NCBI GenBank assembly: GCA_963749075.1
Contig: CAVVLJ010000016.1
Location: 960,001-1,024,000, forward strand
Direction of reading: 5' to 3'
DNA from: an uncultured Pseudomonadota bacterium
Lineage (GTDB): Bacteria > Pseudomonadota > Alphaproteobacteria > JACZXZ01
DNA length: 64,000 nucleotides
Part shown: piece after piece, positions 34,388-45,097 of the stretch
Layout of the letters: each line of letters begins with the position of its first letter
Numbering within the stretch: the stretch's first letter is position 1
Made by a program: the position numbers and the translations under genes
Notes under the pieces: generated by a model
What the model was told of the DNA's origin: nothing
The model's input: the letters and a program-made list of their open reading frames with translations, nothing else
Databases searched by the model: none

Positions 34388-35008
34388 ATGATCATCCAGG
34401 CGCTCGCCTTCTATCTCTTCGCCGCCGTCATGGTGGCGTCGGCGGTCATGGTGATCGTCGCGCGCAATCCCGTGCACTCGGTCTTCTTCCTCATCCTCGC
34501 CTTCTTCAACGCGGCGGGCCTTTTCGTGCTCCTGGGCGCCGAGTTCCTCGCCATGATCCTGGTCGTGGTCTACGTCGGCGCCGTGGCCGTGCTCTTCCTC
34601 TTCGTCGTCATGATGCTCGACATCAACTTCGTGGCGCTGAGGGAAGGCTTCGCGAAATATCTGCCGGTGGGGGCGGTGGTCGGCATCATCCTCCTGGCCG
34701 AGCTCGTCCTCATCGGCGGCAGCTGGGCCTTCGCACCCAAGGTGGCGACGATCGTCAAGGACCCGATCCCGGCGGCGGCACAGGTGCCCAACACCGAGGC
34801 GCTCGGCCTCGTGCTCTACACCAAGTACGTCTATCTCTTCCAGAGCGCCGGGCTCGTGCTGCTCGTCGCCATGATCGGCGCCATCGTGCTGACCTTGCGG
34901 CAGCGCGTAGGCGTCAAGCGCCAGCGCATCGCGAGGCAGCTGGCGCGCGATCCCAAGCAGGCGATCGAGGTGAGGAAGGTGCCGGTCGGCGGGGGAGTGG
35001 GCTCATGA
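34388..35008 (+). CDS. nuoJ: NADH-quinone oxidoreductase subunit J
   Basis: [23 protein letters not shown]. Confidence 0.97.
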   Translation: MIIQALAFYLFAAVMVASAVMVIVARNPVHSVFFLILAFFNAAGLFVLLGAEFLAMILVVVYVGAVAVLFLFVVMMLDINFVALREGFAKYLPVGAVVGIILLAELVLIGGSWAFAPKVATIVKDPIPAAAQVPNTEALGLVLYTKYVYLFQSAGLVLLVAMIGAIVLTLRQRVGVKRQRIARQLARDPKQAIEVRKVPVGGGVGS

Positions 35009-35313
35009 CGATCGGCCTCGCGCACTATCTCACCGTCGCCGCGATCGTCTTCACGCTCGGGGTGTTCGGCATCTTCCTCAACCGCAAGAACGTCATCGTC
35101 ATCCTGATGTCGATCGAGCTCATGCTGCTGGCGGTGAACATCAACCTGGTGGCCTTCTCGGCCTTCTTGGGCGACCTCGTGGGCCAGGTCTTCGCCCTCT
35201 TCGTCTTGAGCGTGGCCGCGGCGGAGGCGGCGATCGGCCTTGCCATCCTGGTGGTCTACTTCCGCAACCGCGGCTCGATCGAGGTCGAGGACATCAACGT
35301 GATGAAGGGCTAG
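35005..35313 (+). CDS. nuoK: NADH-quinone oxidoreductase subunit K
   Basis: [16 protein letters not shown]. Confidence 0.98.
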   Translation: MTIGLAHYLTVAAIVFTLGVFGIFLNRKNVIVILMSIELMLLAVNINLVAFSAFLGDLVGQVFALFVLSVAAAEAAIGLAILVVYFRNRGSIEVEDINVMKG

Positions 35314-35392
35314 GAGTTGAACTTGGCGATGCGACGCGCCCCTTTGTTCCGACGCCGCTCCCGCTTGAAGGCAGGGGTGTCGCGTATGACCG

Positions 35393-35509
35393 CCTCGCCC
35401 TTCGAGACGCGCGCTTTGCGCGCTCCTCAGGGTGAGGCGGCCCCAATGTTTGGGGGATTTCCTCGTCCTGAGGAGGGCCGCAGGCCCGTCTCGAAGGACG
35501 AGGAAATCC
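35393..35509. repeat. Pair of alphaproteobacterial REP-like palindromes between nuoK and nuoL
   Basis: CCTCGCCCTTCGAGACGCGCGCTTTGCGCGCTCCTCAGGGTGAGG (35393-35437) and an oppositely oriented unit CCTCGTCCTGAGGAGGGCCGCAGGCCCGTCTCGAAGGACGAGG (35461-35503). Confidence 0.8.
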
Positions 35510-35519
35510 GTGCGGCGCC

Positions 35520-37454
35520 ATGATCTTCGTCGCCGCCATCTTCCTGCCGCTTCTCGGTGCCGTGGTGGCCGGGCTGTTCGGGCCTTATTTGCGCGACCTC
35601 GGCGCCCAGGCGGTCACCTGCGGCGCCATGCTGATCTCGGCTGTGCTCGGCTGCATCATCCTGTGGCAGGTGGCGCTCGAGGGACAGGACTACAACATCC
35701 ACCTCCTCACCTGGATGGTCTCCGGCACGCTCGAGGTCTCGTGGGCGCTCCATTTCGACACGCTCTCGGCCGTCATGGTCTTCGTCGTCACGGTGGTGAG
35801 CTGCGTCGTCCACTGGTATTCGATCGGCTACATGCACGGCGATCCCGGGGTGCCGCGCTTCTTCGCCTATCTCTCGCTCTTCACCTTCGCCATGCTCATG
35901 CTGGCGACGGCCTCCAATCTGGTGCAGCTCTATTTCGGCTGGGAGGGGGTCGGGCTCTGCTCCTATCTCCTGATCGGCTTCTGGTACGACCGGCCGTCGG
36001 CCAATGCCGCGGCGATCAAGGCCTTCATCGTCAACCGCGTGGGCGATTTCGGCTTCGCGCTCGGCATCTTCGGCACCTACCTCGTCTTCGACTCGGTCAA
36101 CTACGACACCATCTTCGCCGCGGTCGGCGGCAAAGAGGGGACGATCCTCGAGTTCCTCGGCATGCATTTGCCGGCGCTCGAGGTGCTCTGCGTGCTGCTC
36201 TTCATCGGCGCCATGGGCAAGTCGGCGCAGATCGGCCTCCATACCTGGCTGCCGGACGCCATGGAGGGCCCGACGCCGGTCTCGGCCCTCATCCATGCCG
36301 CGACCATGGTGACGGCGGGCGTCTTCATGGTGTGCCGCCTCTCGCCCATGTTCGAGCACGCGCCCGTGGCACTCGGCCTCGTCACCGTCGTGGGCGCCGC
36401 GACCGCCTTCTTCGCCGCGACCATTGCCCTCGTGCAGAACGACATCAAGCGCGTCATCGCCTATTCCACCTGCAGCCAGCTCGGCTACATGTTCCTCGCC
36501 GCCGGCGTCTCCGCCTATCCCGCGGCGATGTTCCATCTCATGACGCACGCCTTCTTCAAGGCGCTGCTCTTCCTCGGCGCGGGCTCGGTCATCCACGCCA
36601 TGTCGGGCGAGCAGGACATGCGCAAGATGGGCGGCCTGTGGCGCAAGATCCCCGTGACCTACGCGCTCATGTGGATCGGCTCGCTCGCACTCGCGGGCAT
36701 CCCGCCCTTCGCCGGCTACTTCTCCAAGGACATGATCCTCGAGGCGGCCTGGGGTGCGCACACGCCGCTCGGCAATTACGCCTACGTGCTCGGCGTCCTT
36801 GCCGCCTTCATGACCGCCTTCTATTCCTGGCGCCTGCTCTTCATGACGTTCCACGGCGAGAGCCGCGCCGACCACCATGTCCAGGAGCACGTCCACGAAT
36901 TGCCGAACATCATGATAGCACCGCTCTACATCCTGGCGCTCGGCGCCGCCGTGGCCGGCTGGGTGGGGGAGGGGAGCTTCGTGGGCGAGGGCAGCCTCGC
37001 TTTCTGGCGCGAGGCGGTGAGCATGCTGCCTGGCCACGCAGCGCTCGAGAACGCGCACATGGCCCCGCTTTGGGTGCAGTTCCTGCCCACCGTGCTGGGC
37101 CTCGCCGGCATCGCGCTCGCGTACCTCTTCTATATCGCGAGTCCCGCCCTGCCGCGCATCTACGCCGAGCGCTTCAAGCCGCTTTACCTCTTCGTCTACA
37201 ACAAGTGGTACTTCGACGAGCTCTATGACGCGCTCTTCGTGGAGCCGGCCAAGGTCATCGGGCGGGGCCTCTGGAAGGGCGGCGACGGCGCCGTCATCGA
37301 CGGCCTCGGGCCGGACGGTTTCGCCGCGACGACGCTGGCGCTGGCGCGCCGCGCCGGCCGCCTCCAGACCGGCTACGTCTACCACTACGCCTTTGCCATG
37401 CTGATCGGCATCGTGCTGATCGTGAGCTGGTATCTCTGGGCGATGAGGGGCTAG
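35520..37454 (+). CDS. nuoL: NADH-quinone oxidoreductase subunit L
   Basis: GWEGVG, KSAQ..LHTWLPDAMEGPTPVSALIHAATM. Confidence 0.98.
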   Translation: MIFVAAIFLPLLGAVVAGLFGPYLRDLGAQAVTCGAMLISAVLGCIILWQVALEGQDYNIHLLTWMVSGTLEVSWALHFDTLSAVMVFVVTVVSCVVHWYSIGYMHGDPGVPRFFAYLSLFTFAMLMLATASNLVQLYFGWEGVGLCSYLLIGFWYDRPSANAAAIKAFIVNRVGDFGFALGIFGTYLVFDSVNYDTIFAAVGGKEGTILEFLGMHLPALEVLCVLLFIGAMGKSAQIGLHTWLPDAMEGPTPVSALIHAATMVTAGVFMVCRLSPMFEHAPVALGLVTVVGAATAFFAATIALVQNDIKRVIAYSTCSQLGYMFLAAGVSAYPAAMFHLMTHAFFKALLFLGAGSVIHAMSGEQDMRKMGGLWRKIPVTYALMWIGSLALAGIPPFAGYFSKDMILEAAWGAHTPLGNYAYVLGVLAAFMTAFYSWRLLFMTFHGESRADHHVQEHVHELPNIMIAPLYILALGAAVAGWVGEGSFVGEGSLAFWREAVSMLPGHAALENAHMAPLWVQFLPTVLGLAGIALAYLFYIASPALPRIYAERFKPLYLFVYNKWYFDELYDALFVEPAKVIGRGLWKGGDGAVIDGLGPDGFAATTLALARRAGRLQTGYVYHYAFAMLIGIVLIVSWYLWAMRG

Positions 37455-37457
37455 GCC

Positions 37458-38999
37458 ATGGGCGGGCTTCCACTCCTCTCGGCCGTCACCTTCCTCCCCA
37501 CCCTGGGGGCGGTGCTTATCCTCTTCATCCGCGGCGAGCCCGAGGTGGTCGCGCGCAACGCGCGCTGGGCGGCCCTCTGGACCTCGCTGCTCACCTTCGT
37601 TCTCTCGCTCTTCCTCTGGTTCGGCTTCGATTCCGCGAGCCACGAGTTCCAGTTCGTCGAGGAGGCGGCCTGGATCCCGAGCTTCAACATCAGCTACCAC
37701 ATGGGGATCGACGGCATCTCGCTCTTCTTCGTGCTGCTCTCGACGCTGCTCACGCCGGTCTGCGTGCTGGCGAGCTGGGAGTCGATCAAGGTCCGCGTCA
37801 AGGAATACATGATCGTCTTCCTGGTGCTCGAGACGCTCATGGTCGGCATGTTCTGCGCCCTCGACTTCGTGGTCTTCTACATGTTCTACGAGGGCGTGCT
37901 CATCCCGATGTTCCTCATCATCGGCGTATGGGGCGGCCCGCGCCGGGTCTATTCCGCCTTCAAGTTCTTCCTCTATACGCTCCTCGGTTCGGTCCTGATG
38001 CTGCTCGCCATCCTCGCGATCTATTACCAGCTCGGCTCGACCGACGTGCCCACCGCACTCGCCCACCATTTCCCGGCCGAGGTGCAGCATTGGCTGTGGC
38101 TCGCCTTCTTCGCCTCCTTCGCGGTCAAGGTGCCGATGTGGCCGGTGCACACCTGGCTGCCCGACGCCCACGTCGAGGCGCCGACCGCGGGCTCGGTCAT
38201 CCTCGCGGGCGTGCTCCTGAAGATGGGGGGCTACGGCTTCCTCCGTTTCTCGCTGCCCATGCTGCCGCTCGCCTCGCTGCACTTCGCCCCCTTCATCTAT
38301 ACGCTGAGCGTCGTCGCCGTGATCTATACCTCCTTCGTGGCGCTCGCCCAGGAGGACATGAAGAAGCTCATCGCCTATTCCTCGGTCGCGCACATGGGCA
38401 TCGTCACCATGGGCATCTTCGCGGCGACGACCCAGGCGCTCGAGGGGGCCATGATCCAGATGCTCAGCCACGGCGTGGTCTCCGCGGCCCTCTTCCTCTG
38501 CGTGGGCGTGGTCTATGACCGCATGCACAGCCGCCTGATCGCGACCTACGGCGGGCTCGTCCACCGCATGCCGCTCTATGCCACGGTCTTCATGCTCTTC
38601 ATGCTCGCCTCGGTGGGCCTGCCGGGGACGAGCGGCTTCGTCGGCGAGTTCCTGAGCCTGCTCGGCGTCTTCCGCGTCAACACCTGGGTCGCGACGCTGG
38701 GCTCGACCGGCATGATCCTGGGTATCGCCTATATGCTCTGGCTCTACCGCCGGGTGATCTTCGGCAAGCTCACCAAGCCGGAGCTGATGGCGATCCTCGA
38801 TCTCTCCCCGCGCGAGCTCGCGGTCTTCGCCCCCCTCGTCGTTGTGGTGCTGTGGATGGGCGTCTACCCCGTCTCTTTCCTCGTGCCCATGCACGCCTCG
38901 ATCGGCCATGTGATCGGGCAATACTCGGCCGCGGTGGCGGCTGCGGGCGGCGGCCATCCGCTCCTTGCCGCACTCGGGCACTGGGGGGCGGCGCCGTGA
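37458..38999 (+). CDS. nuoM: NADH-quinone oxidoreductase subunit M
   Basis: [27 protein letters not shown]. Confidence 0.98.
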   Translation: MGGLPLLSAVTFLPTLGAVLILFIRGEPEVVARNARWAALWTSLLTFVLSLFLWFGFDSASHEFQFVEEAAWIPSFNISYHMGIDGISLFFVLLSTLLTPVCVLASWESIKVRVKEYMIVFLVLETLMVGMFCALDFVVFYMFYEGVLIPMFLIIGVWGGPRRVYSAFKFFLYTLLGSVLMLLAILAIYYQLGSTDVPTALAHHFPAEVQHWLWLAFFASFAVKVPMWPVHTWLPDAHVEAPTAGSVILAGVLLKMGGYGFLRFSLPMLPLASLHFAPFIYTLSVVAVIYTSFVALAQEDMKKLIAYSSVAHMGIVTMGIFAATTQALEGAMIQMLSHGVVSAALFLCVGVVYDRMHSRLIATYGGLVHRMPLYATVFMLFMLASVGLPGTSGFVGEFLSLLGVFRVNTWVATLGSTGMILGIAYMLWLYRRVIFGKLTKPELMAILDLSPRELAVFAPLVVVVLWMGVYPVSFLVPMHASIGHVIGQYSAAVAAAGGGHPLLAALGHWGAAP

Positions 39000-40444
39000 G
39001 CTACCTCGCCAATTTCCAGATCGCCCTGCCCGAGCTTTGGCTGGCCGCCGCCGGCCTGGCGCTCCTCATGCTCGGCGTCTTCAACGGCGACCGGGCGACG
39101 CGCACGGTCTCGTGGCTCGCCGTGCTCGCCTTCGTCGTGGCGGCAGCACTCGTGGTCTCAACCGCGCCCGCGCGCCCGGTCACGGCCTTCTCCCAGCTCT
39201 TCGTCAACGACCGCTTCGGCGCCTTCATGAAGCTGCTTGTGCTGGCCGGCTCGGCCCTCACCCTCATCATGTCGCTCGGCTACAACGAGCGGGAGAAGAT
39301 GGCGCGCTTCGAGTATCCAGTGCTCGTCGTGCTGGCGACGCTCGGCATGCTCATGATGATCTCGGCGAACGATCTCATCGCCCTCTACATCGGCATCGAG
39401 CTGCAGAGCCTGGCACTTTACGTGGTGGCCGCCTTCCATCGCGACGCCCTGCGCTCGACCGAGGCCGGGCTCAAATATTTCGTGCTCGGCGCGTTGAGCT
39501 CAGGCCTGCTGCTCTACGGCGCCTCCTTCATCTACGGCTTCGCCGGCACCACGCGCTTCGCCGCACTGGCACCGCTCTTCGCAGGCGGCACCGCGGCCCC
39601 GATCGGCCTCATCGTCGGCCTCGCCTTCGTGTCGGCCGGGCTCGCCTTCAAGGTCTCGGCGGTGCCCTTCCATATGTGGACGCCCAACGTCTACGAGGGC
39701 GCGCCGACGCCGGTCACCGCCTTCTTCTCGACCGCGCCCAAGATCGCGGCACTGGCGCTCTTCGTGCGCGTGCTCATAGGTCCCTTCGGCCATCTCGTCG
39801 TCGAGTGGCAGCAGATCATCGTGGCGATCTCGATCGCCTCCATGGTGCTCGGCGCCTACGCCGCGATCAATCAGCGCAACATCAAGCGGCTCATGGCCTA
39901 TAGCTCGATCGCCAACGTGGGCTATGCGCTGGTCGGCCTCGCCGCCGGCAGCGAGGCCGGCGTGCGCGGCGTCATCATTTATATGGCGATCTATCTCGCC
40001 ATGGTGGTGGGCGCCTTCGCCTGCATCCTCTGCATGCGCGAGCAGGGCCGCTTCGTCGAGACCATCGCCGACCTGGCCGGTCTCTCCAAGACGCAGCCGC
40101 TCCTCGCCGCGGTCTTCGCCGTCTTCCTCTTCTCGCTCGCCGGCATCCCGCCGCTCGCCGGCTTCTTCGGCAAAGTCTATGTCTTCCTCGCGGCCATCGA
40201 GGCGGGGCTCTATACGCTCGCCGTCGTCGGCGTGCTGGCGAGCGTTGTGGGCGCTTATTACTACGTGCGCATCGTCAAGCTCATGTATTTCGACGAACCT
40301 ACCGTCGCCTTCGAGCAGCCGCTCGGCGCCTCCATGTCCGCCGTGCTCACGGCGACCGGTCTCTTCACGCTCCTCTTCTTCGTCTATCCGGGCCCGCTTC
40401 TCGCCGGCGCCAAGGTTGCCGCGGCGGCCCTCTTCCCCGGATGA
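38996..40444 (+). CDS. nuoN: NADH-quinone oxidoreductase subunit N
   Basis: GTG start; [27 protein letters not shown]. Confidence 0.97.
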   Translation: MSYLANFQIALPELWLAAAGLALLMLGVFNGDRATRTVSWLAVLAFVVAAALVVSTAPARPVTAFSQLFVNDRFGAFMKLLVLAGSALTLIMSLGYNEREKMARFEYPVLVVLATLGMLMMISANDLIALYIGIELQSLALYVVAAFHRDALRSTEAGLKYFVLGALSSGLLLYGASFIYGFAGTTRFAALAPLFAGGTAAPIGLIVGLAFVSAGLAFKVSAVPFHMWTPNVYEGAPTPVTAFFSTAPKIAALALFVRVLIGPFGHLVVEWQQIIVAISIASMVLGAYAAINQRNIKRLMAYSSIANVGYALVGLAAGSEAGVRGVIIYMAIYLAMVVGAFACILCMREQGRFVETIADLAGLSKTQPLLAAVFAVFLFSLAGIPPLAGFFGKVYVFLAAIEAGLYTLAVVGVLASVVGAYYYVRIVKLMYFDEPTVAFEQPLGASMSAVLTATGLFTLLFFVYPGPLLAGAKVAAAALFPG

Positions 40445-41208
40445 GCCAGCCGCCCAGGCTCGCTCCCGGCTTCCGGCTCGTGGCGCTCGAGCGCTGCGCC
40501 AGCACCAACGACGAGGCGAGCCGCCTGGCAGCTGCCGGTGCCGAGGAGGGCACGCTCGTCTGGGCTCGCGAGCAGGAGACGGGGAGGGGACGGCGCGGGC
40601 GGCGCTGGCATTCGCCGCGGGGCAATCTCTATCTCTCCCTCGTCCTGCGTCCGGCAGCACCACCGGCCGAGGCGGCGCTCCTCGGGCTCGTGGCAGCGGT
40701 CGCGGCCGCAGATGCGCTGGCCTCGCTCCTGCCGCAGGAGGCCGATGTGCGCCTCAAATGGCCCAACGACCTCCTGGTGAACGGCCGCAAGGCGGGCGGC
40801 ATTCTCCTCGAATCGGGCGGCGCCGGCGGCCGCAGCATCGCCTGGCTCGTCGTCGGCATCGGCATCAATGCCGAGAGCTCTCCCGAGGGTGCGGCATTTC
40901 CCGCGACCTGCCTCGCGCGCGAGGGCGGGGCGGGGCTCGCCGTCGAGACGCTGCTCGAAGCGGTGAGCCGCACCTTGCGCAAGTGGCTCGACATCTGGGC
41001 CGAGGAGGGCTTCGAGCCGGTGCGCGCGGCCTGGCTCGCGCGCGCTTGGCGGCTCGGCCGCACGATCGAGGTGGGCCTCGAGAACGGCGTGCTCTCGGGG
41101 CTCTTCGCCGATCTCGATGCTTCGGGTACGCTCGTGCTGGCACTTGCCGACGGGACGCACCGCGCTCTTAGCGCCGGCGACGTCATGGCACGCCCGGCGG
41201 GCGCCTGA
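40441..41208 (+). CDS. birA: Biotin-[acetyl-CoA-carboxylase] ligase (no HTH domain)
   Basis: [22 protein letters not shown]. Confidence 0.96.
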   Translation: MSQPPRLAPGFRLVALERCASTNDEASRLAAAGAEEGTLVWAREQETGRGRRGRRWHSPRGNLYLSLVLRPAAPPAEAALLGLVAAVAAADALASLLPQEADVRLKWPNDLLVNGRKAGGILLESGGAGGRSIAWLVVGIGINAESSPEGAAFPATCLAREGGAGLAVETLLEAVSRTLRKWLDIWAEEGFEPVRAAWLARAWRLGRTIEVGLENGVLSGLFADLDASGTLVLALADGTHRALSAGDVMARPAGA

Positions 41209-41216
41209 GGTTCCGC

Positions 41217-41990
41217 ATGCTGCTGGCGATCAACTGCAATAACACCAACACCGTGTTCTCGGTGTGGGACAAGGGCGAGATGCGCGGCGTGTGGCGCGCG
41301 GCGACCGCCGCCAGCCGTACGGCCGACGAATACATCGTCTGGCTCGACCAGCTCATGGGTCTCGGCGGCCTCGCGCGCAGAGAGATCGACGCCACCATCA
41401 TCGCCAGCGTGGTGCCCGAGGCCGATTTCAACCTCGTGCGCCTCGCCACCCATTATTTCAAAAGCAAGCCGCTCGTGGTGGGCGAGCCGGGCGTCGAGCT
41501 CGGCTGCCGCGCCCTCGTGGACCGCCCGGAGGAGGTGGGGGCGGACCGCCTGCTCAATACGGTCGCGGCCTACGACCGCCACAAATGCCCGCTCATCGTC
41601 GTCGATTTCGGCACCGCCACCACCTTCGACGTGGTCGACCGGGACGGCAACTACTGCGGCGGCGTCATCGCACCCGGCATCAACCTCTCGCTGCGCGCGC
41701 TGCACATGGCGGCGGCCAAGCTGCCGAGCGTGCGCATCGAGCGCACCGCCAAGGTCGTCGGCAAGACCACGATCCCCATGATGCAGGCCGGCATCTTCTG
41801 GGGCTATGTCGGGCTCATCGAGGGGCTGGTCGAGCGCATCCGCCGCGAGTGGGGCGAGCCCATGGGGGTGGTGGCGACGGGTGGGCTGGCGCCGCTCTTC
41901 GAAGGCTCGACCAAGGCGATCGAGACCGTCGACGCCACCTTGACGCTGTGGGGCCTGTGGCTGATCCATCAGCGCAACAAGGGCAAGTGA
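41217..41990 (+). CDS. coaX: Type III pantothenate kinase
   Basis: SVVP, GADR, VDFGTATT, GGVIAPG, TGG; N-terminal motif reads INCNNTN. Confidence 0.93.
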   Translation: MLLAINCNNTNTVFSVWDKGEMRGVWRAATAASRTADEYIVWLDQLMGLGGLARREIDATIIASVVPEADFNLVRLATHYFKSKPLVVGEPGVELGCRALVDRPEEVGADRLLNTVAAYDRHKCPLIVVDFGTATTFDVVDRDGNYCGGVIAPGINLSLRALHMAAAKLPSVRIERTAKVVGKTTIPMMQAGIFWGYVGLIEGLVERIRREWGEPMGVVATGGLAPLFEGSTKAIETVDATLTLWGLWLIHQRNKGK

Positions 41991-43657
41991 TGGCGGCCGG
42001 AGAGAAGGCAGCCGCGCGCGAGCTCCTCTTCGTGCCCCTTGGCGGGGCCGGGGAGATCGGCATGAACCTCAATCTCTACGGCCTCGACGGCTCTTGGGTG
42101 ATCGTCGATCTCGGCGTCACCTTCGGCGAGGAGCGGCTGCCGGGGATCGAGGTGGTGATGCCCGATCCCGCCTTCATCGTCGAGCGGCGCGAGCATTTGC
42201 TCGGCATCGTGCTCACCCACGCCCACGAGGATCACATCGGCGCCGTGCAGTATCTCTGGCCGCTCCTGCGCTGTCCCATCTATGCGACACCTTTCACCGC
42301 CTCCGTGCTGCGCCGCAAGCTCGAGGAGACCGGCCTCGCCAAGGCGGCAGCCATCACCGTGGTGCCGCTCTCCGGCCGCTTCACGCTGGGCCCCTTCGAG
42401 TTCGAGCTCATCACCCTCACCCACTCGATCCCGGAGCCCAATGCGCTCGCCATCCGCACGTCGCTGGGCACCGTCCTCCATACCGGCGACTGGAAGATCG
42501 ATCCCGACCCGCTCGTCGGCGCCGTGACGGACGCGGCGGCGCTGCGCCGCGTGGGCGAGGAGGGCGTCCTCGCCATGATCTGCGATTCGACGAACGTGCT
42601 GCGCGCCGGCGTCTCGGGCTCGGAGGCGGCCTTGCGCAAGAGCCTCTCCGAGCTCGTGGCGCGCGCGAGCCAGCGCGTCGCCATCGCTTGCTTCGCCTCG
42701 AACGTGGCGCGCCTCGAGACGATCGCGACGGTGGCCGAGGCCAACGGCCGACAGGCCGCCCTCGTCGGCCGCTCGCTCTGGCGCATCTACGAGGCCGCCC
42801 TCGAGAACGGCTATCTCAAGGACATCCCGCGCTTCCTCGACGCCGCCGAGGCGGCCTATCTGCCGCGCGACAAGGTGGTGCTGGCGATGACCGGGAGCCA
42901 GGGCGAGCCGCGCGCGGCCCTCGCGCGCGTGGCCGCCGGCGAGCACCGCCACATCGCGCTCGAGGCGGGCGACGTGGCGATCTTCTCCTCGCGCATCATC
43001 CCGGGCAACGAGCGCGCCATCTTCCGCCTGCAAGGAGCGCTCGCGCAGGCGGGCGTGGAGATCATCACCGAGCACGACGAGTTCGTGCACGTCTCCGGCC
43101 ATCCGGCGCGCGACGAGCTCGCCGAGATGTACAGCTGGGTGCGGCCGCGGATCGCCGTGCCGGTGCACGGCGAGGCGCGCCATCTCATCGAGCATGCCCG
43201 CTTCGCGCGCGCCTGCCAGGTGCGCGAGACCGTGGTGGTGACGAACGGCGACATCCTGCGCCTGGCCCCCGGTCCCGCCGAGATCGTCGGCCAGGCGCCC
43301 TTCGGGCGGCTCGCCCTCGACGGCAAGGCGCTGGTGCCGGCTGAGGGCGAGGTGGTGCGGAGCCGCGCGCGCATGATGTGGAACGGGGCCGCCGTGGCGA
43401 CCGTGGTGGTGGACGGCGAGGGCGAGCTCGCGGCCCCCCTCCAGCTCGCCCTTCCCGGGCTCGTCGGCGACGCGAGCACGGCAGCGCTTGCGGGCGAGGC
43501 CGAAGCCGCCATCAGAGCGGCACTCGCGACGCTCGCCAAGGGTGCGCGCGGCGACGACGCGGCGCTGCGCGAGACGGTGCGCCTCGCGGTCCGCCGCAGC
43601 ATCCGCATGGCGCGCGGCAAGAAGCCGACGATCGACGTCCACCTCGTCCGTGTATAA
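41990..43657 (+). CDS. rnj: Ribonuclease J
   Basis: PLGGAGEIGMN, THAHEDHIG, TGSQGE, HVSGH, PVHGE. Confidence 0.96.
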   Translation: MAAGEKAAARELLFVPLGGAGEIGMNLNLYGLDGSWVIVDLGVTFGEERLPGIEVVMPDPAFIVERREHLLGIVLTHAHEDHIGAVQYLWPLLRCPIYATPFTASVLRRKLEETGLAKAAAITVVPLSGRFTLGPFEFELITLTHSIPEPNALAIRTSLGTVLHTGDWKIDPDPLVGAVTDAAALRRVGEEGVLAMICDSTNVLRAGVSGSEAALRKSLSELVARASQRVAIACFASNVARLETIATVAEANGRQAALVGRSLWRIYEAALENGYLKDIPRFLDAAEAAYLPRDKVVLAMTGSQGEPRAALARVAAGEHRHIALEAGDVAIFSSRIIPGNERAIFRLQGALAQAGVEIITEHDEFVHVSGHPARDELAEMYSWVRPRIAVPVHGEARHLIEHARFARACQVRETVVVTNGDILRLAPGPAEIVGQAPFGRLALDGKALVPAEGEVVRSRARMMWNGAAVATVVVDGEGELAAPLQLALPGLVGDASTAALAGEAEAAIRAALATLAKGARGDDAALRETVRLAVRRSIRMARGKKPTIDVHLVRV

Positions 43658-43683
43658 TGGACGACAGTGGAGGAGGGCGAGCC

Positions 43684-44088
43684 ATGATCGGCAGGCTCAA
43701 TCACGTGGCGATCGCGGTGCCCGATCTCGCGGCGGCGGCAGCACTCTACCGGGACACCCTCGGCGCCAAGGTCTCGCCGCCCGTCGACATGCCGGCCCAT
43801 GGCGTGACGACCGTCTTCGTCGAGCTCGCCAACAGCAAGATCGAGCTTCTCCATCCGCTCGGCGACGGCTCTCCCATCGCCGCCTTCCTTGCGCGCAACC
43901 CGGCGGGCGGCATCCACCACGTGTGCTACGAGGTGCCGGACATCCGCGCGGCGAGGGACCGGCTCAAGGCCGCCGGCCTGCGCGTGCTCGGCGACGGCGA
44001 GCCGCGCACCGGTGCCCACGACAAGGCGGTGCTCTTCCTCCATCCCAAGGACTTCTGCGGCACCCTCGTCGAGCTCGAAGAGGTCTAG
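43684..44088 (+). CDS. mce: Methylmalonyl-CoA epimerase
   Basis: MIGRLNHVAIAV, GGIHHVCYEV, FLHPKD..GTLVELEE. Confidence 0.96.
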   Translation: MIGRLNHVAIAVPDLAAAAALYRDTLGAKVSPPVDMPAHGVTTVFVELANSKIELLHPLGDGSPIAAFLARNPAGGIHHVCYEVPDIRAARDRLKAAGLRVLGDGEPRTGAHDKAVLFLHPKDFCGTLVELEEV

Positions 44089-44097
44089 GCGCTGGCG

Positions 44098-44335
44098 ATG
44101 AACTGGTTCGAGAGCCTCGTCGCCTTCATCGTCATCTGGTGGCTGGTCCTCTTCATGGTGCTGCCATGGGGCGTGCGCATCCCGGACAAGGCCGAGCCCG
44201 GCCATGCCACGAGCGCCCCCGTGCGGCCCAGGCTGTGGCTCAAGGTGGCTGGTGACGAGCGGTATCGCCGCCGTGCTCTGGGTCATCGTCTTCCTGATCG
44301 CCTCGAGCAACCTCATCACCTTCCGGAACGGCTGA
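44098..44335 (+). CDS. DUF1467-family membrane protein with an apparent +1 frameshift near 44247
   Basis: WWLVLFMVLPWGVR..PGHATSAP; removing one G restores KVLVTSGIAAVLWVIVFLIASSNLITFRNG* (stop 44335, 1 nt before tag). Confidence 0.8.
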
Positions 44336-44336
44336 C

Positions 44337-44876
44337 ATGGGCTCCCACTACTGCGACGTAGCCCCGGGCCATCCCTGGCACGGCGCCTACCACGACGACG
44401 AATACGGCTTTCCGCTGGCCGACGAGGCGGGGCTCTTCGAGCGCCTCGTGCTCGAGATCAACCAGGCGGGCCTGAGCTGGCTCACCATGCTGACCAAGCG
44501 CGAGGCCTTCCGCCGCGCCTACCGCGGCTTCGCGGTCGACCGCGTCGCCCGCTTCGGCGCGCGCGACGAGGCGCGCCTGCTCGCCGATGCCGGCATCGTG
44601 CGCAACCGGCTCAAGATCGCGGCCGCGATCGAGAACGCCAAGCGCATCCGGCGCCTGCGCGCGAGCCACGGCTCGCTCGCCGACTGGCTCGCCGCTCACC
44701 ATCCGCGCGACAAGGCCGCCTGGGTCAAGCTCTTCAAGGAAACCTTCGTCTTCACCGGCGGCGAGATCACCGGCGAGTTCCTCATGTCGATCGGCTATCT
44801 CAAGGGCGCCCACCGGGAGGACTGCCCGGTCTTCGAGCGCATCGCCAAGCTATCGCCGCCCTGGATGCAGGCCTAG
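44337..44876 (+). CDS. tag: DNA-3-methyladenine glycosylase I
   Basis: YHDDEYG, LEINQAGLSW, GIVRNRLKI, H...C zinc ligands. Confidence 0.93.
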   Translation: MGSHYCDVAPGHPWHGAYHDDEYGFPLADEAGLFERLVLEINQAGLSWLTMLTKREAFRRAYRGFAVDRVARFGARDEARLLADAGIVRNRLKIAAAIENAKRIRRLRASHGSLADWLAAHHPRDKAAWVKLFKETFVFTGGEITGEFLMSIGYLKGAHREDCPVFERIAKLSPPWMQA

Positions 44877-44902
44877 CGGAGCGCGCGCGCCTCGCTCTGC
44901 GC

Positions 44903-44936
44903 AAAAAGAAAGGCAAGCACCCCGGAGGGGCTTGCC
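44903..44936 (-). terminator. Rho-independent terminator of a minus-strand transcript
   Basis: Minus strand: GGCAAGCCCC-TCC-GGGGTGCTTGCC followed by TTTCTTTTT. Confidence 0.75.
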
Positions 44937-45097
44937 GTTCCGCGTCGCTGGGCAGTGCTGAAAAATCTTGTTTCGATTTTAGCGAGCAGCTTCCCTCTGC
45001 GACGAGAAGTTCTTTCTCCCTACACTTAGGGCCGCCCGACTGGAGCAAGCCCCTTTTTCGCCGCTTCGGCCCGCTGCTCCGGACACCGACGCGGCGC
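44903..45097 (-). ncRNA. Candidate ~190-nt structured sRNA
   Basis: TTGCAA-N17-CAATAT promoter at 45131-45103; predicted start coincides with a 5' hairpin (45096-45059); two further hairpins; U-tailed terminator; no credible ORF. Confidence 0.55.

Noticed and set aside
35294-35539. Short ORFs between nuoK and nuoL
   Set aside because: They are translations of the palindromic repeat (PHPEERAKRASRR).
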